NCBI GenBank assembly: GCA_963575745.1
Contig: CAUYUJ010000137.1
Location: 496,001-560,000 of the forward strand
Direction: 5' to 3'
From: Prorocentrum cordatum
Taxonomy: Eukaryota
Length of the DNA stretch: 64,000 nt
This document shows positions 39,901 to 52,896 of the stretch, in pieces. How positions within the stretch are numbered: the first letter of the stretch is position 1; every line of letters starts with the position of its first letter. The notes below the pieces were generated by a model, which had not been told where the DNA came from, did no database searches, and worked only from the letters and a program-made list of their open reading frames with translations. The translations under genes and the position numbers were made by a program.

Positions 39901-42240
39901 ATGACGTCCAGGCAGCAGCAGCAGTTCAATGACGGCCCCCTCTTCGTGGACAAACAGGGCGTGGTACACTACAACGGCGACCCATCCTACGGAGAGGAGT
40001 TCGAGGAGCGTGCCATACTCGGCTACCACGCGAGCGAGGAAAAGATCAAGAAGCTCTATGCGATCAAGCTCAAGAATTCTCTGAATGGACGAGCGTGGAC
40101 ACTCACACGAAAAAAGGTTGAGATCAGTACGCAAGCAGTTTTGGACGAAGCAGGTAATGACCCACTTGCTGCAGTCAAACTAGTGGTAACTACAGTACGA
40201 CAAGCGTGCGAAAGGATCGCACCACAAGCAGCAAGCGTTCGAGGAGTATTTCTTCCGAGGTGTTCGCAATCGAACGGAGTCTGTGCAGGACTACATACCG
40301 AGACGAGAGACGGAGTACGAGCGGCTCAAGTCACTTTCAACGAACACGACAGTCAGCGAGGACCTGCGGACATACTTTCTCTGAAACTAGCGAACATCAG
40401 CATGCAAGAGCACAAGGTAATCCTTGGCCAATGCAACAACGAAAACATCTGGGACGACGTGACGGCAGCCATGCTGATACAGCTGGACAGCACAGGACGA
40501 CATTATCGTGGACATGGACGATACGAAACCTACCCGGTGGACTACGACGACGAAGAGGAAGAAGCTCTACTCGGAGATGAATGCGCACCGTGCGATGAAG
40601 ACGTTTTCCCGAGTGATGAGGACTACGACGCACTTGCAGCGGACATCGACGAGTTCGAGGGAGTGATTGATGACGTAGACCCGGACGAGATCAGCCAGGA
40701 AGAGTGCGACATCCTGGCGACAGAGGCTCAACGTCTTGGCTGGAAAGCTGGACGGCGCAACCACAAGCCCAACTACAAGCAGGCCAGGGAGCGGCTTGCT
40801 CAGAGCAAGTCGAATAGAGGCTGGAAGGCCAACATCAACAAGCAGGGCTCCATTAAGATGGACAGCAAAGAGGCCGAGGATAAGCTGAAGCAGATCAAGG
40901 CGCGCACGAAGTGCAACGCGTGCCACAAGAAGGGTCACTGGAAGGGTGACCCCGAGTGCGAAAAGACAAGGTCACCAGCGAGTGGATCCAGTACGCTACA
41001 GCGTGGAGGACGAGGAGGCGGACGTGGAGGACGAGGCTTTCACGGACGACCTGTGGGTTTTCTACGACGAGCTGGATTCGCAATGGCGACCGCGGTCGAG
41101 CTGCTGATGGCGGACAGCTCGATGGATATGACCGCCATACAGATTGTCAGCGACCAGCTGGCAAGCATCGACGTGGCGAAGGAGGAGATCACGAGTCTGA
41201 CGAAGGTAAGAATCGACACCGAGGAGCAGATCGTGAACACCTACGCGGTATCAGCAGCAGGAGACCAACCGAACTTCCAAGAGAGGATCGACCAGGCACA
41301 CGAACCATACCCAGTACCTGGAGAGCATCAAGCACAAGAATCTGACGAACCCCTGAGCACTCCAGTGAGCTCAACGAGCAGACCTACACCAGGGACGTGG
41401 TCGAGGCCGGATCCCAGCAGACCAAGTACAGACTACGTGGAAGATGACAACACAGAGACTGACCTACAGAAGATACGAGAACGTGCAGAGCAGATCGCAG
41501 CATTGTGGGTAAGCTGCGAGAACATGGAAGCGGCCTACAGGGACTATATGGATTTCTGTCTGGACTGGGCCTTACATCGCTTCCAGCATCTCATGCACAT
41601 CACCATGGAGATGGCACCGAACGGTCTCAGGAATATGGCCTACGATCTATGCCAAGCAGCCTGGGACAGGACCTCGGAGCTTCGTGACATCGGAAGGAGT
41701 ACTTGCGAGCGCCTACCGATTGGAGTACGACCGTCATGGTTGTGGACGCAACGCCGAGCTGGAACCAACTACGCTCCAGAGGGAATTGGGCGGCAGCAAC
41801 CTTGCGAGGAGCTGGAAGAAATCGAAGCCTACGCCGTACGAAAAGGACCTATTCCAGATGGATATGCTGTACTGGACACTGCGTGCCTACGTGGATGTGG
41901 AGGTTCAATATCACTGGACGGCTATACAGGACGGCAGAGTCACCACGCGGATGAGAGGATCATCCATGCGCTTCCGAGGCGTGAACGATAGCGCCCCGGT
42001 CATGGCAGAAGGAGAACAAGAGGTGACGGCTGGACTTGCTGGAGCTGACGTGAACCTACGCTTCCAGAGGTTGCCGAAGTCAAAGACGCCAATACTGCTG
42101 AGCATCCACCAGCTGGAGGAGCTCGACACAGTGATATACATCAAAGATCAGAAGGCGGACTTCAAGGCGATCAACAAGTACGGAGTGCCTCTCAACAAGA
42201 CGCAGAAGGGACACATGACGATCTCGCTGAAGGAGTGGCC
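39901..42240 (+). pseudogene. gag and aspartic protease (frameshifted)
   Basis: Zinc knuckle CNACHKKGHWKGDPEC; RGG stretch; protease AVLDTAC (LDTA 41872-41883) and distal PILLS; gag segment QAFEEYFFRGVRNRTESVQDY lies in another frame at ~40230-40380. Confidence 0.85.
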
Positions 42241-42439
42241 GAAAAAAGAGACGACAATGATCGAGCCATCAGTAACGTCTGACGAGATCGACATCTGGAA
42301 TGCGGAGGTCCAAGAGATCGATAAGGGCATCCTACGGCGGAAGCAGAGGAAGCAGATCGAGGCGTGGGAGAAGGAGATTCAGGACAAGCTGGACAAGTGC
42401 CAGCAGATCGTGGACACGCTGAAGGCGGACCCAGAGGAA

Positions 42440-43065
42440 AAGCGGCCCATCTTCTGCGAGCTCTACGCAGGTGGCATGGCAGCCACATCAGAAGCTCAGC
42501 AGCGGCGGCATCCAGTGACGAGGCCGAGGGACATCCTGATCGGGGACGACCTGCTGGACGCGAAGTCGCACAAGACCGTCCTGAAGCAGCTGAACGAGGA
42601 TGACCCCTACGTGACCATTGTGGGTTTCCCCTGCGACCCGTTCACGAACAAATCCCACATATTCCCGAGGGACACGAAGATGCGCAAGTTGGCGATCGGC
42701 ATGAAGCACTTGCAGTTTGTCAAGAAGATCTGGCTCAACTGCAAGCGCCGAGGAGCTCATATGCTACTGGAGAACCCATTGACGTCAAGAGCCTGGCAGC
42801 TTATGCCATGGCTGGGATCAGAGTTCGTAAGCGCGATGATGCACCAGTGAACCGAAGGCAACAACCTGGTGGACTTCATGGGCGATCCGGTCAAGAAGCC
42901 GACGAGGTTCCTGACAACGGCCATCATGCTCGGCAAGAAGCTCAACAACATCAGGTGTGACGAGCAGCACGTACACACGAGCGTGATCAACAGGCCGAAG
43001 GGAACAGCATCGAGCCTTGGGAACTGGACCAAGAAGCTAGCCAAGACGATCTTGGACGGCATCGA
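42440..43065 (+). pseudogene. Cytosine-5 DNA methyltransferase-like domain within pol
   Basis: Motif I FCELYAGG (from 42452), motif IV GFPC (42623-42634), motif VI ENP (42770-42778), MHQ*...KKPTRFLT, C..H.H and a terminal helix; one in-frame TGA at 42848-42850. Confidence 0.82.
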
Positions 43066-43269
43066 GGATCAGCGGGACCTCGAGAAGCAGCATGGTGGCT
43101 ACGCCCGGTACGCCAACAACTTCGACGACATCAACTGTGACGAGTTCGAGGCCAACCCTGCGGAGACGGAGGCGCCGATGCACGCTAGCGCGGCGGCGAT
43201 CTTCAGCAAGCATGGCGAGAACATCGAGATGTCGGAATGGACGGCGGCGCCACCACTCATGCGAGCAGC

Positions 43270-44340
43270 TATCAAGAAGATACACGAGAGCCATTCACAT
43301 GGACCCTACAAGGAGTCACTGGTACGGTATCTACAGCATGGCGGAGCTAGCCGACGAGCGGTACAAGCAGCACGTCTCTTCAGATGCACGACATGTGAGG
43401 AGCAGGCTCGGACGGCAGCAAGACCCACGGCAGCTCAGCCTAAGGTTAAGGACTTGAACGAAGCCATCAGCATGGACTTCATGATCATGCCAGACCTGGA
43501 CAAGAACATGCACGTGGTGCTTGTTATCGTGGACGTGGCCTCGGACTTCACCGTGGAGATCTACACGTGTCCCGGATCGAGACCTACGGCAGAGCTAGCA
43601 AAGAAGGCTTTCGAACTCGGATGGCTTACCTGGGCCAGGCCACCACGCATCGTGGAGCAGGACCAGGACTCTACCTTTATGGGCGAGTTCGAGACGCTAT
43701 GCAACGACCTGGGCATTGTGATCAACAATGCGGCTCCAGAGGCCCACTAGCAAATGGGCAAAGTCGAGAGGAAGATACGATACCTGAAGGAGATGGCGAC
43801 GAGTGTCTTCAACGCTGGGGACGCTCGTGGTCAAGATTCGGTTGCAGCAGCAGTACGTGGTATGGCCAACGCGTGCAATCAACTTGTCAGCACGGCAGGC
43901 TTCTCACCACAGCAATGGGCACTTGGAGCTGGACACCGACTGCCTGCAAGTTTGGCGAATCCCGACAACGACCCAGCAGTGGTTTCACGAGTGGCCGAGA
44001 ATACATCATTCTGGAACCGACTACACCTTCAACAGATCTGTTCGGAATCCTTTTTCAAGGCAGCAAACTCATCAGCATTGAGACGGACAGTTCTGGCGAG
44101 GACGAGGCGAATTATTAATGGTTTGGCGATCTGATAAAAGTGAAGTAAGTGTCATTTCAGCAAGGTGAATTATTAATGTTTTGGCGATCTGATAACCTAA
44201 AGCGCAACCTGCATGCACGATGGCATAGACCTGCCCGGTGCTTGGGCAAGGATGAGCACGGTTACTGGCTGATCCATAACAGGATCCCGATTCTGAGTTC
44301 ACCCAGTCTCCTTCGAAGGGCGACTGAGCACGAAGTGAGC
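43270..44340 (+). pseudogene. Integrase (HHCC, DDE core, C-terminal SH3-like region)
   Basis: HESHSH...CTTC; ISMDF, IVDVAS, QDQDSTF, H*QMGKVER (in-frame TAG 43748-43750); FQQGELLMFWR...RWHRP after a frameshift. Confidence 0.88.
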
Positions 44341-45409
44341 ACCATGCAGTTTACCGACCTGTTTTCAGATGGCGGACCTGCACGTGGAAGAGCTGGTCAG
44401 CGTGGTTTTCTGGATCTTCGAGGTCAAAAGTATAACCCAGCACGAGATGATCAACAAACAGACCAGCAGCCCGATCAACAGCCAGATCAGCAGCCAGATC
44501 AACATCAAAATCATCGAGATCCAGGACATCAGCAGCATCCTGGACAGGGCGATGCTCCACCACAGCCAGCAGGAGTACAAGATGATGCACCTTCGAGCGC
44601 ACCGACGACGGCACCAGCAGCACATGCTCAAGGCAACGTGGAGCTGACAAAGCCAGCGGACAGCAGGAAGCGACGATCGGAAGTGGTACACGATAACGAC
44701 GTGATGCCAATTCGTCAGAGGCTGGACGACGAGTACGAGACAGTACCAGCTGATCAAGATCAAGCGGAGGAAGATCTACAAGCACGACTTGTTCGAGCGC
44801 GCCAAGCTTGGGACACCATCTTGGGGGCAGTGGCGGCCAGAAGCCAGGGCAAGACCGACCTGAGGCAGCTGGATAACGTCAGGAACGCCCCTCTTCTACC
44901 TGATCCGACACCTGGGTACAAGATCGAGAGGCGGCGGCTTTTCAACTTGGACACGCGTGACCTGATTCAAGATATCTCGAGAGTGGACTGGATAGCCGAT
45001 CCTCAGATCATCGACGATGTGGCATCACAAGACCCCATCACGATCATCGAGGAGATCACTCTGGGAAAGGAAGAGGAAGCTGGAGATGGACCAGGAGGTG
45101 GCCAACAGCCTGCAGCAGCCCCGCAGGAGCCTACCAACACGGACAAGACCATGGAGGAACCTAAGGAGGTGAAGCGCGGAGGCAAGAAGCACGCCAAGAA
45201 GGACCTGAAGCTCAAGCAGACCAAGCGGGACGACGCTCAGGACGATCGAGCTCAGCTTCGAGTACCTGCCAGGATCCAGAGGCACATGGAGGAACGCCAG
45301 AAGGCGGAGGAAACGGCAGCAGCACCAGCAGAGGCACCGCAAGATCAGCCGGCTACATCAGCCTGCGCAGGGCAAGCGCCAGGATCACCCAGTCACGCTC
45401 ACGGAGTTC

Positions 45410-47341
45410 TTGCTGGACGATGTGCCGATCAGCATCAAACGAGCCCGGGCACAAACTGGGCCAGTCAAGAAGCTGGCAGATACACCGCTGCTCGTCGAGG
45501 CGTTCGCGGCCGAGCGGATGCGCAGCCAACCGACGAGAGCCAACAAGCATCAGGAGATCAACTTGAAGACGCTGGGCGACGACAAGCTCAAGTGGAAGAA
45601 GATGCAGCAGGCGGTGGAGAAGGAATGGAACACGCGGTGCAAGCACGATGCAGCAACCCACATATCAGGAGCAGCAGTCGACAAGGTCGACCCGGACAAG
45701 ATCCTAAGCTCCAAGGTGGTCTGGACCGATAAGGGCCCCACGACCTTCGAGCCGAAGGCCAGGATCTGTGGGAGAGGCTACGAGGAGGAGTTTGACGACA
45801 AGCTACGACGGGACTCACCTACATTCTCAGCATCGATGACGTTACTCTTGTGCAGCATCGCATCAAGCCTCAACTTTAACCTAGTCATCGCGGATGTGAA
45901 GGGAGCCTTCCTGCAAGGCAAAGCCATCACACGCGAGCTCTACTTTCGTATCCCGACGAACCTCGGGAAGTGCAACATCCCGGGAGTGAAGGCGGGCGAC
46001 CTGCTGAAGTTAAACAAGAGCATCTACGGGACCAACGATGCAGCTCGTGCGTGGTATGTGGCACTACGCGAGACGCTCGTGAAGCTTGGGTGGGAAGGCC
46101 TGAGCTTCGAGCCCGCGACCTTCATCAAGCGCAATGCGGAGGGCACGATCATCGGGATCATGTGCCTGCACGTGGATGGCTTCCTCATGGGCATCAAGCA
46201 GCACGACCCGGAGGGCGCCAAGATCATGAAGGACCTGCAGAAGGATATCGACTTTGGCGAGGTCGAGTATGCGAGGAAAGAGCAGGCGACGTTCTGTGGC
46301 CGGGGCTACAAGCAGGACAAGGACGGCAGCATCAACGTCACCATGGAGGCCTACGTGAAGTCGATGCAGACTGTACGTATCTCCAGAGACCGCAGCACGG
46401 CACCAGATAGCGCCTTGACCCACGCAGAGCATCGTGGACTACGAATGGTAGTTGGACAATTGCAATGGGCAGCGCGGATGATATGCTTCGAAGAGGCCTT
46501 CGAGGCATCCCGACTGGCATCTACGCTGGGAGCTCCGACGGCGAAGAACCTACAGGACGGCAACGCGGCCATCAGGTGGATACAGAAGCGGGGCGACTTG
46601 CTGATCAGGTTCTCAGCAGGCCTGAACCTGTGGGAGACCATGGTGATCAATGTCACCGACAGTGCTTTCGACAATCTGCCGAAGCACAGATCACAACGCG
46701 GACACTTCATCATGCTGGGCGACCAGAAGATCAACGAGGACCACAGTAACAAGTACAAGGTACACTGCATTGGGTGGCAGTCTTCCAAGATTCAACGAGT
46801 AGTACGATCTACTCTATCGGCGGAGGCCTACTCATGCGCGGATTTAGTGGACATGTTGATATGGACGAGATCAACCCTGGCGGCGATCCTGGACCCGGAA
46901 ATGGACATGACCGAGATTGTGCACGACACCTGCCCGGTGAAATGCATTTCGGTGACCGACTGCAAGAGCCTATACGACACGATCACAAAGGAGAAGATTT
47001 CTATGACGGAAAGGAGGCTTTCTTTGGAAGCGGCTATATTGCGGCAGTCACTCAGAGAGGTCAGCATCAAGTGGGTCAAGAGTGAGCAGATGCTAGCGGA
47101 CTGTTTGACAAAAGTACTTCCAGGAGGCTACGCGAGAAAGATAATTACATCAAATTTGTGGACTCTTGGGCCTGATGACAGGGCACCATCAACACGCGGA
47201 CGAAAGCTTGTTGGATCAGAGAAGGTGGCAGCCAACAAGGAGGTAGACGAGCTCTACGCGAAGATGGCCAAATACGTCAAGCAGGAGCTGCACGACGACA
47301 CTGGGAAGGACGACGAAGAGATCTGTACGTGGCCGGTGTAG
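45410..47341 (+). CDS. Copia-type reverse transcriptase and RNase H
   Basis: KARICGRG, ADVKGAFLQG, LNKSIYG, LHVDG (46169-46180; second catalytic Asp replaced by Gly); RNase H TDSAF, SAEAY, TDCKSL, QMLADCLTK. Confidence 0.93.
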   Translation: MLDDVPISIKRARAQTGPVKKLADTPLLVEAFAAERMRSQPTRANKHQEINLKTLGDDKLKWKKMQQAVEKEWNTRCKHDAATHISGAAVDKVDPDKILSSKVVWTDKGPTTFEPKARICGRGYEEEFDDKLRRDSPTFSASMTLLLCSIASSLNFNLVIADVKGAFLQGKAITRELYFRIPTNLGKCNIPGVKAGDLLKLNKSIYGTNDAARAWYVALRETLVKLGWEGLSFEPATFIKRNAEGTIIGIMCLHVDGFLMGIKQHDPEGAKIMKDLQKDIDFGEVEYARKEQATFCGRGYKQDKDGSINVTMEAYVKSMQTVRISRDRSTAPDSALTHAEHRGLRMVVGQLQWAARMICFEEAFEASRLASTLGAPTAKNLQDGNAAIRWIQKRGDLLIRFSAGLNLWETMVINVTDSAFDNLPKHRSQRGHFIMLGDQKINEDHSNKYKVHCIGWQSSKIQRVVRSTLSAEAYSCADLVDMLIWTRSTLAAILDPEMDMTEIVHDTCPVKCISVTDCKSLYDTITKEKISMTERRLSLEAAILRQSLREVSIKWVKSEQMLADCLTKVLPGGYARKIITSNLWTLGPDDRAPSTRGRKLVGSEKVAANKEVDELYAKMAKYVKQELHDDTGKDDEEICTWPV

Positions 47342-48067
47342 ACGTACAACTACGTGGACGAGTGCTTCTACGACGACAAGGACGAGTTTCAAGACGAGGA
47401 CTACGTCGAGGCATTCTACACGGAAGAGCTAACGGACAACTACCTGATGGAGAGGAGTGGCGCGCAGAGAACCATCCAGATACCTGACCAAGTTGTAGTT
47501 CTGTTTTAACTCTGTGCACTTGCAGTGTATGGAGTTTGTCTTTCGATGTCTCCTGCGGTGGTGACAGTAGTCTCTATCATCGCGGGTACCATCATATTTA
47601 TTTACGTAATGCAGCCTAAGCAGAACGACGACGAGGACATGTTTGATCCGATGGAGGTGGATAAATCAAGCAGCGGCAACCTGTTCAAGCCGGAGTTGCC
47701 CGAGAAGCAGGTCAAGGTCAAATCCAGGACGGCGAAGGCTACGCCGAAAACTACAACGACAACACTCGCAGTACGAGCCGATCCAGCGACCTATGACGAC
47801 GAAATCATGGGAGATGAACCAATTATGCTGGGAGATAGTGCTCTACTAAGACAGTGGCTGGAGACCATGGGACCGACGATAATCAGGAGTGGCAAGTACG
47901 AGGGCGACAGCTATGAGACGATCTATACGAAGGACAGGCACTACGCACATTGCCTAGGACGGTGTCTCAAGCTGGACGCAGACGAGAGCAGGAGTTATAG
48001 TCTCGATCCGAGCATCAAGGTTTACGTTGCATACAGTATCACCAAGTCAGCAGTACGTGTGCGCTGA
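47342..48067 (+). pseudogene. In-frame extension 3' of pol: acidic tract, hydrophobic segments, GKYEG-type motif
   Basis: Same frame as RT beyond TAG 47339-47341 and TAA 47507-47509; hydrophobic stretch AVVTVVSIIAGTIIFIYVM. Confidence 0.6.
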
Positions 48068-48489
48068 GGATGATGAATGATTTGGGTTACCATTTCAGAT
48101 GATGAGTGATGTTTGGTCACCATCTGCAGATGAGGAATGAAGGCACACCCTCAAGAGCTCAGGTAAATATTTCATAGCTTAATATATGTTGCTCGGTGCG
48201 CAAACCTCAGGTAAAGATTATCTTATATGTTGCTCAGTGCGTGGATTGCTTCTATCTTAGTATATGTTGCTCGGTGTACTGATTTCGTTTTTGTTCTTGC
48301 TATCTGTTGTTTGATACACGACGTTAGTTTGACCGTTCGAGCAGAGAGTATTGGTTTGCTTTTATTTGATATATGTTGCTTGTTGCACGGACGATAGTTT
48401 GATCGTTCGAGCCAATAATATTATTCAATATTCTGGAGCCTTGCTGCAGAATTTGCCAAGACATTCTTTAGCAACGTTTCCTTTTCCTG

Positions 48490-48745
48490 TGTGAAAGTTA
48501 TATTAGCAAGAATGTGGGTTATAGGATGATGTTTCGAATTATCTATGTTATTGCTCTCGCCCGCTCATGCTTGCACTCTCTTGTTTACTATTGCCATTTG
48601 TGGCTTGGCCCCGCCCAGCTCAGGCGGGAGGGTGGACGCACCTATCGAACGCAGAGTTTGATTCGGTATAAGATATCCTATCATATGCCTGTATTCTTCT
48701 TGCATCAAGAGGTTGTGGGTGGAGAGATTTGGATCATTATTTACA
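48490..48745 (+). repeat. 3' LTR (256 bp, TG...CA)
   Basis: Direct repeat of 39369-39624. Confidence 0.95.
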
Positions 48746-48967
48746 GAAGGTATTCAGGGCTGTTCCGCTACCGAACAGGATCGGCGTGCGTGTATCGTTG
48801 GCGCCCTGGGATCCTCCGCGCCGCCGCGGCGGCCATCGCGGACCCGCAGAACACCGCCGCGGCGAAGGGCGCGGCGAGCCACCTGCCAGGGTAGGCGCGG
48901 CGAGGGGCCAGGGCGGCGCAGCGGGCCCGGGGAGACGGGCTGGCCTGCTCGATGCTGGATGCTCCAT

Positions 48968-50250
<1,283 letters not shown>

Positions 50251-52896
50251 CGCCTGTCAACTGCTCCCCTCTTTGAGTTGCCTCCTCTTGCCTCCTCCCT
50301 CCTCCTGCGGCGTTGTGATGCGCCCTGAGCGCCTTCAGGCGATGAGGCGGTGGGGGTGGTAGGACAGGACGGGTGCGAGGAGATTCACCAAACCTTGGCG
50401 CCCGTGCTGCATGTACGCACTGTTGCAGCAGCTAGTGAGTGCCACACTAAGCTGACCGTCTCCTTGGCGAATCGGATCGCAATCCAATCCCTCCCTCCTG
50501 CATCCTACTCCTTCTCCTCCTCCTCCTGTACGCTGTACGCCGATGGCTCCAAAGTCGATCACGACGCAACCACCTTCATCCTCCTCCTCCTCATCATAAT
50601 CATCCTCATACTCCTCATACTCCTCATCCTCCTCGTCGTCCTCATCCTCATCCTCACCCTCCTCCGCCTTCTTCTCATCCCTGTCCTCCTCTTTTCTGAC
50701 GCTGCGCGAACGTAAGCCAGTCTGCTGTAGCGCTGGGGGGGAAGACACAAAACGTCAACATGTCGCCTTCGGCCAAGGGAACAACCAAGTGAGTCGGGCA
50801 GGCGCAGCGGGGACAAAACAAGCAAGACAAGCAGCGGTGTAGATGCTAGCACTGACGGGCACAAATGATACGCCTGCCAGAAAACGAGGTGGAGAGGGAC
50901 AGGACATCCGTCATACGAATCCCCATGCCTGGACCTAAGAAGGAGGCACCGAAGTACAGCGGGCGATACTCGCGTGCACAAGTGGGAACAGTAATGCAAA
51001 ACATGAAAGGTGTCCCACTAACCCGCCCCCACCCCCCACAGTACGTCCTCAATCAGAAATGAAGACCTCCTGAACGAAGTAAGGAGGCTTGCAGAGCGAA
51101 AATTAGCATCGCGAAAGACCCTACCATAAGCAGTAATACGTATCGCAGTTGTGAGTACCATCTTCGGTGGACCCTCCTATGCGGCCACGAAACGTTTAAG
51201 GGGTGTGCCAAAGTGACCCGTCGGCGGCAGGCAGCCGGTGGAGCTCCCTATGGAGCCACGAAGCGTGCGAGGTGTGTGCAGAAATGGAGCGGCACCGACA
51301 TGCGGACCCAGACGTTGCGACCATCGGTGGTGCAGCCTCAGGCTACGAAACGTGCGAGGGGTGCGCCAAAATGTGGGATGGGACCGCATGCGAACGCAGC
51401 CACTTGGGACTCAGGTGAAGCACAATGTGGGGCCACGGATCGCGTGATGGGTTCGCCGAAATGGGGGGTGAACCGCATGCGAATGGAGCCACTGGGGCCT
51501 TCGGTGGAACTCCCTATGGGGCCACGAAGCGTGTACTGGGGTGTACCGAAATGGCGAGGTGGCGGCGTGCGGGCCTGCTACTGGGGCCTTCGCAAGGGCC
51601 CCCTACAGGGCTACGAAACGTGTGAGAGGTGTGCCGAAATGGCGAGGTGGCGGCATGCGGGCCATGACACTGGGGCCGAAATGGGGGGTGACGGCATGCG
51701 GGCCCTGCCACTGGGGTCTGCGGTGGAGCTCCCCATGGGGCCACCAAACGTGTGAGGCGTATGCCGGAATGGCGAGGTGACGACGTGCGGTCCCTGCCAC
51801 TGGGGCCGTCGGTGGAGCTCCCCATGGGGCCACGAAAGTGATGGGTGTGCCGAAATGGCAAGGTGGCGGCATGCGGGCCCTGGCAATGGGCCTTCGGTGG
51901 AGCTCCCTACAGGGCCACGAAACGTGTGAGAGGTGTGCCGAAATGGCGAGGTGGCGGTGAGAGTAATGCCGAAATGTCGGGGTGGCGGCATGCGGGCCCT
52001 GGCACCAGGAGCCTTCGGTGGAGCCCTCCCATGGAGCGACGAAGCGTGTGATGGGTGTGCCGAAATGGCGAGGCGGCGGCATGCGGGCCCTGGCACCAGA
52101 GCCTTCGTGGGAGCTCCCTATGGGGAAACGTGTGAGGAAGGTGCCGAAATGGCGAGGTAGCGGCATGCGGGCCTTACCACTGGGGACCTTCGGTGGAACT
52201 CCCTATGGGGCCACGAAGCGTGTGAGAGTAATGCCGAAATGGCGACATGGCGGCATGCGGGCCTTGCCACTGGGTCCTTCGGTGGGGCTCCCCATGGGGC
52301 CACGAAATGTGTAAGGGATGTGCTGAATTGTTGCCGATGGTGATGGCGATGGCGATGGCGAGGATCGTTGTGACAATGAAGCTGGCAACGATAATTGCGA
52401 TGATGATGATGATGATGATGATGCTGATGGTGATGATGATGATGCTGATGACGGTGATGATGGTGTTGCTGATGTTGATGTTGATGATGATGATGATAAG
52501 GGCGATGATGGCTGCGATGATAATGATGATGAGAATGAAGATGATGATGGTGACGATGACGATGATGATGATGATGTGGACGATTCGGGGCCATCTTGTT
52601 TCTTCTTTGTGCAAACGGCGGAGGGCGGCCTCGAGGGAAACGCCAGCAGTGAAGCACAGACACGGAGAAACATTAAAAGCTCAAGTGGGTGGGGGGGCCC
52701 AGGGTAGAACTTGAGCGAGGGAATACGGCCGCGGTGTTGCCACAAATGCCGACAAGTCGCTGTATGTGGACGATTCGGGGCCATCTTGTTTCTTCTTTGT
52801 GCAAACAGCGGAGGGCGGCCTCGAGGGAAACGCCAGCAGTGAAGCACAGACACGGTACCACACGCTAGTCTACCCAGGTGGCCACAGCCGAATTAC

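Larger units (their letters stand above)
39369..48745 (+). mobile_element. Full-length Ty1/copia LTR retrotransposon with embedded C5-methyltransferase domain (inactivated copy)
   Basis: Paired LTRs, GAAG TSD (39365-39368 / 48746-48749), PBS, domain order gag-PR-DNMT-INT-RT-RH. Confidence 0.95.

Noticed and set aside
44109..44195. 29-bp direct repeat inside the integrase region as a nested insertion
   Set aside because: Only ~29 nt separate the copies; most simply a local duplication or assembly error that breaks the frame.
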